A stretch of DNA of 64,000 nucleotides, taken from positions 30,070,001 to 30,134,000 of the forward strand of contig CM069142.1 of assembly GCA_035221665.1 (NCBI GenBank). The letters are read 5' to 3'. A model generated the notes under the pieces. The model had not been told where the DNA came from, did not search any database, and saw only the letters and a list, made by a program, of their open reading frames with translations. Each line of letters begins with the position of its first letter. The first letter of the stretch is position 1. This document shows positions 11,516-23,735 of this stretch, one piece after another. Both the position numbers and the translations under genes were made by a program. This stretch comes from Okamejei kenojei. Taxonomy: Eukaryota.

Positions 11516-12686
11516 CGTGGCACTGAGTAGGATCAATGTACGTAAGGCTGCCGGCCCTGACGGCATCCCCGGGTGTGTCCTCAGGACCTGTGCTGCACAG
11601 CTGACAGACGTCTGGACTGACCTCTTCAACCTGTCACTTGCCCAGGCAGTTGTCCCCACGTGCCTTAAAACTACCTCCATCGTGCCGGTGCCAAAACACT
11701 CCACTGCGGCGAGCCTCGACGACTTCCGCCCAGTTGCACTCACCCCTATCATCGCCAAGTGCTTTGAAAGGCTGGTCATGGCACACCTCAAATGCTGCCT
11801 ACCTCCCACTCTGGACCCCTACCAGTTTGCATACCGCAAGAACAGGAGCACGGAGGATGCCATCTCAACGGCACTCCACTCCGCCCTCTCCCACCTCGAC
11901 AACAGAAACACTTATGTGAGAATGCTGTTCATCGACTACACCTCAGCATTCAACACCAATATCCCCTCGAAATTGATCACCAAACTCGATGACCTGGGCA
12001 TCAACCCCTCCCTCTGCAATTGGTTACTGGACTTTCTAATCAACAGACCACAGTCCTGTTTCGGTTGGATAACCACTCCTCTTCTACGCTCACCCTGAAC
12101 ACTGGCGTGCCCCAGGGCTGCGTGCTGAGCCCCCTCCTCTACTCCCTCTTCACCTACGACTGCATACCTGTACATGGTACCAACACCATCATCAAGTATG
12201 CAGATGACACGATGGTGATTGGCCTCATCAGCGACAACGATGAGTCGGCCTACAGGGAGGAGGTTCAGCTCCTAACAGCATGGTGTGCCAACAATAACCT
12301 GGCCCTCAACTCCAAGAAGACCAAGGAGCTCATTGTTGACTTCAGGAGATCGAGAGGTTGCACGCACAACCCCATCCATATCAACGGGGCAGAGGTGGAA
12401 CGTGTCTCCAGCTTCAGGTTCCTGGGGGTCAGCATCTCCGATGACCTCTCCTGGACCCACAACACATCCTCGCTGATCAAGAAGGCTCACCAGCATCTCT
12501 TCTTCCTGAGGAGACTTAAGAAGGTCCACCTGTCTCCCCAGATTCTGGTGAACCTCTACCGCTGCACCATCGAGAGACACTACAGGTCCCTCCGCTGCCG
12601 GACCAGCAGGCTCAATAACAGCTTCTTCCCTGCGGCTGTCACACTTCTCAACGCTGCACCTCAATGACTGCCTGTCTCCACCCCTC

Positions 12687-12728
<42 letters not shown>

Positions 12729-12880
12729 CCGGACTATCCAAACACCAGCAAATTGCATGGATACCACTGCATATGTATATGTATTACTTGTTTATTCGTA
12801 AGTTCGCCCTTCGGAGATACCAACTGCATTTCGTTGTCTCTGTATTGTACACTGCACAATGACAATTAAAGATTGAATTG
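11516..12880 (+). mobile_element. Rex1/Babar-clade LINE, 5'-truncated reverse transcriptase pseudogene
   Basis: [33 protein letters not shown] and KYADD motifs; frameshift near 12055; C-terminal deletion; poly-C and ..tgacaattaaa(gattga) tail. Confidence 0.9.
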
Positions 12881-13030
12881 AATATAGACAATTTTAAGCG
12901 CACTGATGTAATAGCATACACTGGTCCCCAATGTGTTTATACGAGCAGAATGGGTGGGTTTCATTGTACCCTGGCGTATAAGACACTAAACTTATCTGAA
13001 TTTGACTTGCTGAAGTGCTCTCATGCTGAT

Positions 13031-13128
13031 CAGTCTGAAGAAGGGTCTCGACCCGAAACGTCACCCGTTCCTTCTCTCCAGAGATGCTGCTTGTCCCGCT
13101 GAGTTCCTCCAGCATTTTGTGTCTATAT
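13031..13128 (+). mobile_element. Penelope-like pseudo-LTR with intact minimal hammerhead core
   Basis: CTGAAGA-A-GGGTC-TC-GACCC-GAAA-CG-TC at 13035-13062. Confidence 0.8.
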
Positions 13129-13207
13129 TTTACTTATGCTAACTGGTTAGGTCCACACATTAAAACAATTATTGCAAATTAGCATGAGATGAGCATTGGC
13201 TCTTCAA

Positions 13208-13720
13208 GTGTCCCGGGGAGCCTCGCGCGCGGCGTGAGTATCCCCCACGCGGGCCCAATCCACCCACCGAACAACCGCGCCGCCGATGGCAGGCCTCCCA
13301 GGGGACTGCGGTAAAGCCGGGCGGCGAGGTCTGTCTGGAGCCTCAGCGGTGGCGGCGATGGGGGCCTCGGTTGCGGTGGGGCTTCACAGTTTATGAGCCT
13401 GAGGGGGGGAGGGGAAGACAATGGGGACCCAGCGTGGGGGGATGGCTGTGAGGGGCGGTGGGAGAACAAAGGGGGACCCGGTGTGGCAGAGGGGGAGGAG
13501 GAGGCACTCTAGTTTAGAATCCTCTGCCCAGAGGATAAGTCTGTGTTTGTTTGTTCATTGGTTCTAGTGAAGGCGCTGTGCTCACAGCAGCCAGCCAACA
13601 GTCGCTTGTCTTTTTCTTTTCGTTTTCACTTTTAATTTCAAGTTTTTGTGTACCTTGTGTAATGTGACTGTTGGCAGACCAATTTCCCTCGGGGGATGAA
13701 TAAAGTTTTATCGTATCGTA
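13208..13720 (+). mobile_element. GC-rich non-autonomous retroelement, family A
   Basis: Colinear with 28346-29017: gtcccggggagcc head, gcactctagtttagaatcctctgccc, tail ggcagaccaatttccctc..gatgaataaagtttt(atcgt)n. Confidence 0.75.
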
Positions 13721-14329
13721 AACCATCATATATTTAGAATCATTATCTTAGTTAAGATGGGGAAATAACTCATAGATAGCAAGAACTTTTTTTATCTTTC
13801 ATTGGCTTTTTATATGCTTAGGGATGAGCTCTGGGCAGTACTACTTAAATATTGGTGAATATGGTGGTTTTAATGCTATAAGCAGCAAACATGAATAGCC
13901 TCTTTGTTACTGGTTACCAGTTTTTGTGATGTCTGTTATCTGAAAGAATGCACTAATTGCAGATTTTTTTTTTAGAAAACGCAGATATTGCAAAATATAT
14001 TGGTCCCAAGGTGTTAATTAGCACATCCTGTGATACTTCTAAAGGATTGGCTGTCTGGTAATCATTCCAAAGCAATATCTTAGATCTGCGAGCTTAAACC
14101 AACAAAGTGCTCAAGTGGTCACATTAGCAGAAAACAATATACTGCTTTTTGTTATTATTTGTTATATTACATGAATTCTGAAAACTGCTATCTCAAAAAT
14201 AATTAAATATATTGTAACCAGAACATTTGTAGGTGACATGATTGGAAGCTACAAATGATAGTATGAAGCTACAAATGGTCCATGGTAAGTATTGATAATT
14301 GAAGAAGTTGGACTGAATATGTTTTATTG

Positions 14330-14520
14330 ACATAGAACTGTGCTGCACAAAAACAGGCCCTTCAGTCTACAATGTCCATGCCGAACATGATGGCAAATCC
14401 CTTCCACCTGCACTTGATCCATATCCCTCCATTCGCTGCACATTCATGTGACTATCCAAAACCTCTTAAATGTCATTATCCCATGTGGTGTGTTCCTGGC
14501 ACCCACCACCCGGTGTAAAA
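14330..14520 (-). mobile_element. CR1 LINE 3' fragment
   Basis: aacaggcccttc..catatccctcc..ggcacccaccaccc; ends just before the OTC exon 9 pyrimidine tract. Confidence 0.65.
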
Positions 14521-14546
14521 ATAACTTTTTTTTTCCTGCTTTATAG

Positions 14547-14684
14547 ACTGGAAAGTCAGCAGCTCCAAACTGGACATTCTTGCATTGTTTGCCACGAAAA
14601 GCTGAAGAGGTTGATGATGAAGTATTTTACTCTCCACGATCACTGGTCTTCCAAGAAGCTGAAAATAGGAAATGGACGATCATG
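14547..14684 (+). CDS. OTC: Ornithine transcarbamylase, coding exon 9
   Basis: tttatag|ACT ... ATG|gtagga; 138 nt; [46 protein letters not shown] (HCLP and EAENR motifs). Confidence 0.97.
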
Positions 14685-16867
14685 GTAGGAAGACTAAGTA
14701 TATTGGAAATCACATCAATTTATTTTTAGATAACTATCACTGTGTTAGCCAGTTGTGAAGCTAGAGGGAGGAATGTAAGTGGATGGGGAAGGAACAAATA
14801 GATGTGAGTCCACGTGTGGCATAGGGGAGGGCGGGGGGAATTTAAAACCTCCTTAAAACATTTAATGTTCACATAAAAATCATATGCTTAAAATAATTAT
14901 TTACTTCATGTTGCTGGATGTATTGCACATGAAAACCAGAGTCTCACGTCATTAGATAAAGTACTACTATTTACGATTAGGAACCTGAGGGTCAACTTTA
15001 TCACTTGGTGGGTAGTGGGTATAGGATCGAGCTGCAAAAGGAGTAGTTGAGGCAGGTACTATATCAGCATTTAAAAGACACTTGGACAGATACACGAATA
15101 GGAAAGGTTTGGAAGGATTTGGGCCAACCTGGAACTAGCTTCATGACCGGCATGGACGATTGGGCCATTGGACATGTTTTCATAGACTCTTTTACGCTAT
15201 ATCTTTGAGATCTTTAAGAACAGTATATTTACCCATTGAAACCGCATAATGATGGGTGATAATCACAGTAGTTTCAGAAATAGTGAAATGAATCCCAGTT
15301 TTAGTTAATGGACTTTGATATCCTAAATCATTCTTCATGGTTGATTCAAAATTTGGTGAATCATGTAAAACCTGGTTTCTGAATTACTCTTATGCTCTCT
15401 GGACTTCAGAGCCGTGGCAATGGACAATCAATTATATATTACTACATTTGCAAAAGACAATTATAGTTTTAAAATATCCCTAGTTATTCATTGGATCTCC
15501 ATCACATTTCAAGTGGTTCGGATATTACACAATAGGACCGTCGACTCTTCAATAATAGCTGGCTTTTCAGTAGCTTGCAGCGCTATTGAGCAGACACTGG
15601 GAGGTGTAAAGAACTTGTGCGGTAAGGTCACGGGTGAAGGCCAATGTGGAGCTGGCTGTAACATTCATCACACATGACCTTTGCAGTACATCAGCAACAA
15701 TCCTCAAATTCAAATTGTCTCTATTGCTCAAACTAAGATTGTTTCAAGTGTTTGAAGTGATTTTGTGATGCGTCCTTTCTGCATAAGTCCAGTGAGACCA
15801 CCATTTACTCCGCTTGCCAACAAGCCCCTTCAGTTATCTATGTTACATACATCACCTCAACAAAGTTTCATGGAGGAGGTGTTTGATTCTTGCTATAAAT
15901 TATTCATCTCAACACGTTAAGATTATGATTTGTGTCAAATTTATTTATTTCCCTTCCACATTCATTCTGCAGGTATTGTGGCAAATGTTACGATATTTTC
16001 TTACCAGATTTCACTCAGAAGGTATACTCGTATGCAACTTGCAATTGTCGTGGTGTCGTCATAAACAGAATTTTTAGTATTAAATTGCTGTATGTTATGA
16101 AAAACCTCAAATTATTTTTAGTTTATTTATTGTCATGTTTATCGAGGTACAGGGAAAGGCTTTTGTTGCATGCTGACCAGTCAGTGGAAAGGTTATAATT
16201 CATTACAATTGAGCCATCCACAGTGAACAAAGAAATGGCTAAGAAATGTAAGCTGCACAATGAATTTTCCTCCATGGCTCTAATTAAAACCTCCTACTTT
16301 GTCTAAGTGGCTCAATTATCTCCTTCTGTGGGCCTTTGTCAGACTTTATTACATCATGGGTGCCCTATAAATTCAGGCTGCTGATTTTCTGGTTGAAATG
16401 GATTGAATACTAAGTAGCTGTGAGCAAGAAATGATAAATCTCACTTCCTAAAGAGCAGTCCATGAAATTCATGGTTCATTTCAGAGATTTCTCCATCAGA
16501 TAGGCAGTGAATTTGATTTGTCCATAACAAAGAATTGCTGGGTTAAATATTTTTCATATGAGAATGAGGTAAATTGGAAGTTATTGTTGAACCAGTTTTA
16601 AAGTATTTGTATTATGTCTCTTCTTAACAGTCCTTGTCATCTTCCAATCTTCTTAGCCACTCATCAACATCATAAATACTTGTGGTATAAAAGGGATTTT
16701 CTTACTTATTACTGTATGCAATTGCAAGGAGATTTTGTGGTTCTTATCTCCAGTAAGTTATTCACCTTGAAGGTTGGTAACAAATAGGAAACTCTAATCA
16801 GCAGTCTTTGATTATTATCATTGTTTAAATGTGCACTTTGTCTAATTGTTGATATGTTTTCTTACAG

Positions 16868-16927
16868 GGCGCAATGGTGAACATACTGACAGATTATTCT
16901 CCATTGAGTAACAAGCCAAAATTCTGA
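16868..16927 (+). CDS. OTC: Ornithine transcarbamylase, final coding exon 10
   Basis: tcttacag|GGC ... TTC TGA; GAMVNILTDYSPLSNKPKF*, matching the vertebrate OTC C-terminus (..TDYSP..KPKF). Confidence 0.95.
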   Translation, partial: GAMVNILTDYSPLSNKPKF

Positions 16928-17566
16928 ATCCTGTCCTACAGCTTAGCGTCCACAATGAAGGAACGTTCATGGGAGAATAAGATGTAAAGCTTCAAACAAT
17001 TGTGTAACTTTACAATTAATTGATATTAAATTACAGCATTTAACTAAATTATGATGATAATGCCCCTTGTTAGTGGTAATTAAATAGCAGCGGTCCATTT
17101 TTCAGATCCTTACATCAAAGGAAGCTACAATAATGTGTGAGCATAGTCCAGTTATTGAGGGTCACCACATCAGTTTGGTAATATTTTGGACGCAAATACA
17201 GTTTGCTAATTAAACTTTATTATCTGTGGAGATATTATTATGCGTTGAAGGAAACAAAGTGGTGGAGTAACTCAGCAGGTCAGGCAGCATCTATGGAGAA
17301 CATGGATAGGTGACATTTTGGGTTGAGACCCCTCTTCAGACATATATCAATCATACCTTAATCTCAATCATATCTTGCTGTCTCCATGTAATCTTCAGAA
17401 ATACTTGTTCGATGCTGATTGGGAGTAGGCACTTTGTACAGAATTTCCTATTTGATGTTATAATTGGAAACAGAAGTTTATGGTCTAATTAAATTTTCCT
17501 CCTGATATTTTGAAGTCATCTAGGTGTTTGAACTACAGATTTATCCTAGACCGCCTTATTTTGAAG

Positions 17567-17572
17567 AATAAA
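17567..17572 (+). terminator. Candidate OTC polyadenylation signal AATAAA
   Basis: AATAAA ~640 nt after the stop codon, followed by T-rich sequence; an earlier ATTAAA at 17025 is an alternative. Confidence 0.3.
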
Positions 17573-18787
17573 CAAAGGTTATGTTTTGACAGTCAATGTT
17601 TAGTACTGCTGAAAATGACACAAAGTGCTGGAGTATGTCAGCGGGTCAGGCAGCATCTCTGGAGAACATGGATAGCTGACGTTTCATGATCCTTCTTCAG
17701 CCATCTTTAGTACTGCTAACATTTGCATTGACACCACCAACAACAACAACAAGGCCCACACATGTATAACTTTAACACAACATAAATATCCCAGGGCATT
17801 TTCCAGGAAAACTACAAAGATTAATAATTCTATTGCAAAGTCCTAGCACTTGCCAAGCAATGATAACGCACAGCCAAGAATTTCCTATCAATTAATTTTA
17901 ATAGATAGAAAATAATACAAATTTTGCAAAGTTAGGAGTGCAAAAACGAATAATGTATCCTAATGTCCAAATGGCAGAGGTGTTTGAAGAGTTAATGTTA
18001 CGGTAAAATCAGCCAGTGAAACATTATACTCACCTAACCTAGTTCCAGCACTTTAGATACTAGCTGCTGACATAATCTTCTCAAAAATATTTTGTATTCA
18101 ACTTTAGGGACTCAAAGTGTCATCGTCATCTTTTACATTCACTGCACTCTCCCCTGATTTGAAGGAGTTAGAATAAGTGGATTGCCTATTCATAGATTAT
18201 CCTATTTTAATGACTTCCAAGGGATGTAGCTCACAGTAATCTTCATCTGTTCAGTGTGAAGGCAAGTACTGTTTGCTAATTAAACTGTATTATCTGTGAT
18301 ATTTTCTCTCAATCATACTCTGCTGTTTCCATTTAATCATGAGAATTGCAAGGTAGCGGTTAATTGGGAGTAGGCACTTTGTACAGAACTTCCTCGCTGA
18401 TATTATAAGCGAAGACAGGAGATTGTGGTACAATTAAGTCCCCACCTCAGAAATAATTGCGCTGCTTTGCTCCAGAAAGGAATTCATATGTATCAATTGG
18501 AATGAGCTTGTAAATTATAGAATTGTAGAAATTTGTGACAGAGAAGGAGGCTTTTAGGCCCATTTTATCTATTTTGATCCAGCACAACTTGTATAACTGT
18601 CCGTTCATGCCATGTTTAATGAAACGAGGCACCACCTCTACCATTTTACCCTCCTATTGACACATCCTGCGGCCTTTCATGGAACTGTGAACACACAATT
18701 GAAGGGCTATTTGTTCCTCCACAACATTCAATATCCACTGAATACTTTAATATCCAATCCTTTGCTTTATTATGCCAACACAAATTC

Positions 18788-19095
18788 ATTAGTTTAGAGA
18801 TACAGCGCGGAAATCGGCCCTTCAGCCCACCAATTCCTGCCGACCAGCCATCCCCACGCACTAACACTATCCTATGCACACTAGGGACAATTTAGAAATT
18901 TTCCAAAGCCAATTAGCCCACAAACCTGTATGTCTTTGGAGTGTGGGAGGTAACCGGAGCACCTGGAGAAAACCCACACAGATCACAAGGAGAATGTACA
19001 AACTCCATACAGACTGCAACTGTAGTAAGGATCGACCCCGGATCTCTGGCACTGTAAGTGTAAGGCAGCAACTCTACTGATGCACCACTGTGCCA
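18788..19095 (-). mobile_element. HE1-like V-SINE
   Basis: Full reverse-complement copy (tagtttagagatacagcgcggaaa..caccactgtgcc). Confidence 0.85.
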
Positions 19096-20289
19096 TAATT
19101 CTTTAATGTATTTCTGGATTACTATAAACTCTTGCAATAACGGGCCTCTATATACCGAATTTTGGTTATAGCGGACCAAGACTCCTGTTGCACACTCCCC
19201 GTTTCCGCCAGTTACCCAATGAGATGGCTCCATGTGATGTACCTCCAGCTGCGGGAGCGGAGAGAGCAAGCAGCGTGAATACTGGGCCCGTCCCCGGCGC
19301 ATCGTGTGTGGGGCTGGGGGTGCTGCGGATCCCCTGCCAGTGAATCCCACTTATTAAACCCCATCCCCCAGTACCGTGTTTCTTCCCTCATGGCCTTGGG
19401 TTCGACTTTACTCCCCTCGTTCAATGTTAACTGCATGGATTACTTCTTATCGACTGCAAACTTCTTTATTGTGGCCCCAAAACTTGGATATAATTACATC
19501 GAACAGTACTGCACAGCAACAGGCACTTTCTGTTGGCAAATGATGCCGAATTGAACTAATCCCTTCTGCCTGCACTTGATCTATATCCCTCCATTTCCCT
19601 CCATATTAATATACCTAGCCAAAAACCTCTTAAACACCGCTGTTGTATGTGCTTCCACCTCCACTCATCTCCTTAAGTTCAACCTCTCCTTATAGCTAAT
19701 AGCCTCTAAGCCAAGCAACATTCTGGTAAACCTCTTCTGCACCCTCTCCAAAGCCTTCACCTCCTTCCAGTAATGGGATGAGCCTTCCACAGTGCTAGAG
19801 TCTGTGTCGGCTACATTCCCTGGCAAATCTCTCCTGAATGAGTTTTCAGAACTGAATATTGGAAAGCAAGATGCCCTTGGAGTGACAAATGAACTATCTG
19901 CCTGCTCTTCTAGGTCTTACAATTTCTAACGCATTAATACTTGGAAATTCTTGTAAACTTTAGTTTGAACGGCAGTAGCAAATTCTTGACATATATTTCT
20001 GCAGCATTTGTTGTATACAAATACAATTACAACTGTTAAGAGACATTTGGACAGATATATGGGATGGAAGAGTTTCAAGGGAAATGGGTCAAATGCAGAC
20101 AAATTGGACTAGCCCAGTATGCCAGCTTGGTTGGCATGGACAAGATGGGCCGAAGGGCCTGTTGCTCAATGAGTCTAAGATATCCCAGGCACATTACGGG
20201 GGAATATCTGATGATGAAACTGAGCAGCAGTGAAAAACAGCAGAATTTTCTGGAAGGGTTAAACATACACTCACAAAAAGCAACCAATG

Positions 20290-20745
20290 CCTTTGGAATG
20301 AGAGGACAAGTCAGAGCATAGTGACTAAAAGTGCAACCCAGCGACATCAAGGTGGAAGGAACAGAGATAAGTTCAATAAATAAATAATATATATAGTGCA
20401 TTAACAAAAACTAGTGCTATCAAGGGGCAGCTTGTAGTTCAGAGTTTAGTTAGAGTTCATAGTGTTCAATGGCCTGCTGGTTGTTGTGAAGAAGCTGTTC
20501 CTAAACCTGGACGTTACCGTTTTCAGGATCCTAAACCATCTTCCCAATGGCAAGAGTGAAATGAGAGCATGACCCGAGTGTGTGGGTCCTTGACGATACT
20601 GGCTGTCTTTTTGAGGTCGCCCTTCGACAGTGGGGAGGTCAGTACCCGTGATGGACTGGGCAGTGCAGTGTTAACTACTTTTTGTAATCTCCTTCATGCC
20701 TGGACATTCGAGTTGTTAAACCAGGCCGTGATACAACCAGGCAAT
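20290..20745 (-). mobile_element. Rex1/Babar-like LINE 3' fragment
   Basis: gaagaagctgttcctaaacctggacg..cttcccaatggcaagagtg matches the reverse complement of 59900-60130. Confidence 0.7.
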
Positions 20746-21129
20746 ATCATATCCAATATCACGAATAAGGGCAGACCTTTGAAATAGATGCATCACAGGG
20801 AAACTTGATGTACAAATTGTTTCTTTTATGGATAATTTCCAGCTAATATTTATCTGAAACAAAGGGATATTTGCCTGCATTACTTTGGAACAGGCAGTGA
20901 TAACATCAAATTTGAACGATTGCCAGCAGCCTGTTGAAGAATGTTAGGTGCAGGGGACGCAAATATCAGCACTGATCAGATGGTGGGCATCTGTGCTGCG
21001 AACGTTATGTACAGGTTTTCCAATGGACTGTGTTTACGTATCCTGCTTCCATAGTCCATTTTCCAGCAGTACATGAAACGAGAGTGAAATCTTGCACCAC
21101 CACCATCGCCCACTTTCACACCCTGCTCC

Positions 21130-21525
21130 TAATGCGGAGCTGCGTGACCGCAGGAGCCCAGCCGCGGAGCTCCGCCACCCCGGCGGCCCATCGACTCCGA
21201 CCGCCAAGGCCACGGAGCTCCGCCACTCCAGCAGCCCTGCGCGACGCCAGCGGACCAGCGCAGAGCTCAAGCCGTTCAGCCGTGCCCACTCGGTCACGGT
21301 GGCCCAGCCTCGGAGCCGTGCCCTGCCCTGCCAGCGCCGCAGCGCGGAGCTGCTTCGCCGGGTTAGGCTGCGGGCGCCCACGCGTGTCCTTGGTCTGAGT
21401 GCGGAGCTGACGTCACGGGGGCTGGCGATTGGGCCGGTGATGCAGCGGCGCCGAGTGCTGCAGTCTCCCGGCGCTGGGAGGGGGAGGCAGACCAGGGGCA
21501 CTGGTGCGTAAGCGTATAGATTATT
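21130..21525 (+). promoter_or_regulatory. TSPAN7 CpG-island promoter/5'UTR with CRE and inverted CCAAT box
   Basis: CpG-dense stretch directly upstream of the ATG; full CRE palindrome TGACGTCA at 21408-21415; ATTGG at 21428-21432. Confidence 0.8.
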
Positions 21526-21606
21526 ATGGCATCGCGGCGAATGGAGACTAAACCGGTGATAACGTGTCTTAAAACGCTCCTTATCATCTACAGCTTCGTT
21601 TTCTGG
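21526..21606 (+). CDS. TSPAN7: Tetraspanin-7, coding exon 1
   Basis: ATG..TGG|gtgagg; MASRRMETKPVITCLKTLLIIYSFVFW matches the mammalian TSPAN7 N-terminus as recalled; OTC-TSPAN7 order as on human Xp11.4; no exon 2 (ITGVILL..) recognised in the window. Confidence 0.95.
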
Positions 21607-23398
21607 GTGAGGATCATGGATTATTTCCTTTTTTTCCAAACACTAAGATCGGCTAAAATAATGGGAATTGTGTTTAGCTTTTGCGGACGTGCACTTTGCA
21701 GAGAAAAATAAAAGGTTGCGGATGGCTTGCTCAGATTCAGGATGTATTGCATGCTTGGTCCATTTTTATTTATTAACGGAGAATTTTGTCGTAATGTTAA
21801 AAGATTGCAAGACAAATGGTGACGTTTGAAGATGTCTTTAACCCTGGTTACCGAGTGATTGGTACCTGGTTACCGAGTGATGTGCGAGGCGACTGCACCA
21901 AACATGGTCCACAATCTGATCCACAACCTCTCTCCCCAGCAGCCCACCCTCCCCTGCAACTTTCCCTGCCCAGTTTACAATATTCTCCTGCTGAGAAAAC
22001 CGATCATTTATTTGTAGTCGTGCTTATTCTGTGAATTGATACTTTCATTTTATATTATATTCATATTTCAAATAATATTACATCACGTTTTCATTTTATA
22101 TTGTATTATTAATATCATCTTTCTCATTGGGGTATTTTGCCGGTTGGAATAAACTGAGCAACTTGCTTCATATCCCTACCATTGTAATTATTTTTCTTCT
22201 TAGATACATTTACAATGTCGCGAATAATGTATTTGATTGTGCAATTCGTCTTGTTTGCAATAACACAGCAGGGACATGCCATCCAAATGTCGCATTTTTG
22301 GATTGCGTTGTAAATAAAAACGCTTTGAACTGATTCAGTCGACGTTATTTTCGGTCTTTGGATTGCAGTGTTTTTCACCTGCATGATAGATTTGTTGGGT
22401 AGGCTTTTGAAAAGCTGGAATAACTTGAAGACGAATGCTTAATTACACCCGAGTTAATACTGGTGCAATGTTTGCTTCTATGGATGTTTTTTTTAACCAT
22501 GATTTGATTATAAAAAGATTTGCAACTGAACAAAATAAATCCTTCCATTTAATTTTAGGTTCAGGACAGATCATCAGATAGTAGGTAACCATTGAATGCT
22601 TGGTATAAATTATGATAGTAGCCTGTAATGCAAGAAGGTTTTTTTTTAAATCCCGCTGTGGGAGGTTAGCAATGCAACTAGATTGCTATTGAATGTTTTA
22701 ATTACAGCTGTATAAAATAGTGCTATTTACAGCAGGAGTATTAGTTAATCCCTTGCAGAAAGCATATATATCCCGTTGTTTGGCTTGTCTGGTTGTTCTG
22801 CTGAGCACAGAATTTGTGACATAGACATGCAAATGCTTCTGAAAGGTTTGCAGCAATGTGTGGTATTTGATTTCCTGCTGCAAGATGCGGCAGTTTGTAA
22901 TCAGAGATACAGCTTATTGTTGATGGTAGAATTACGTTTTTACTTTGCATAAGGACTAGTACTTAAACTTGCAAAAGGAGCAAGCTTTCTGATCTTCAAT
23001 TCTTCAGTCACGCCGGCGAATTTGGCCCTGCTGATTATTTGTAAAGATGTAAAGAAACTATCTTTACATATATCAGCAGGGCCATTTAGGGAAACAATGC
23101 CTGGAACCAAGCCACGTACTTGGAGAGTAGGGCACTCGAGTGATGAAGAGGTTTAAGGGAGGATGACAGAAATTGGACCCATGGCAGCTGAAAGCTTTGA
23201 TGACAGCATAAGGATGATGAAAAAGTCAGTGACTGGCAACAGTGCAGAATTGGAGGAGAATGAAGATCAATTGTGAGGAGTTACAGCACAGGGAATGGAG
23301 AGTCCATGGAGGGGTTTAAAAACAGCAGCGTTTTACAACATTTGGCAAGATGAGAGCAAATGTAGGTCAGCACGCATGGTTAAATGGTTTCAGCACAT

Positions 23399-23735
23399 GA
23401 CACAGCTGGTGGAGCTGCTGCATCACAGCACCAGACACCTGGGTTTGATCCCGATCTCGGGTGCTGTCTGTGTTGCACATATCCTCCCTGTGACCGTGTG
23501 GGTATCTCCGGATTCATCACTTTTCTCTCACATTCCAAGGATGTATGGATTTGCAGGTTTATTGGCCTCTTCTAATTTGCCCCTAGTGTGAGTGAATGCA
23601 AAAGTACGATAACATGGAACTAATGTGAATGGGTGATTAATGATCGCCATGGAGTTGGTGGGTTGAAGGGTCAGCTTCCAACCTGTATCTTTCAATCAAT
23701 CATGTCAATCAATCAGTTAGGCAATCAATCAATCA
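23399..23735 (+). mobile_element. HE1-like V-SINE
   Basis: cagctggtggagctgctgcatcacagcaccagac..gggtttgatcc; (tcaa)n tail. Confidence 0.75.

Noticed and set aside
12687-12727. Long poly-C tract (also poly-G ~58430, poly-C ~63305) as a functional G-quadruplex
   Set aside because: Lies inside transposon UTRs, and homopolymer length is unreliable in assemblies
19120-19180. Possible Tigger/pogo-like terminal sequence (..ttttggttatagcggac)
   Set aside because: No matching opposite terminus or TA duplication could be identified
21030-21639. Several overlapping 120-200 aa ORFs over the TSPAN7 promoter
   Set aside because: Expected stop-codon depletion in GC-rich DNA; low-complexity products; only the 27-codon TSPAN7 exon is supported
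21843-21881. Short tandem duplication cctggttaccgagtgat x2
   Set aside because: Ordinary slippage-type duplication with no further evidence of function
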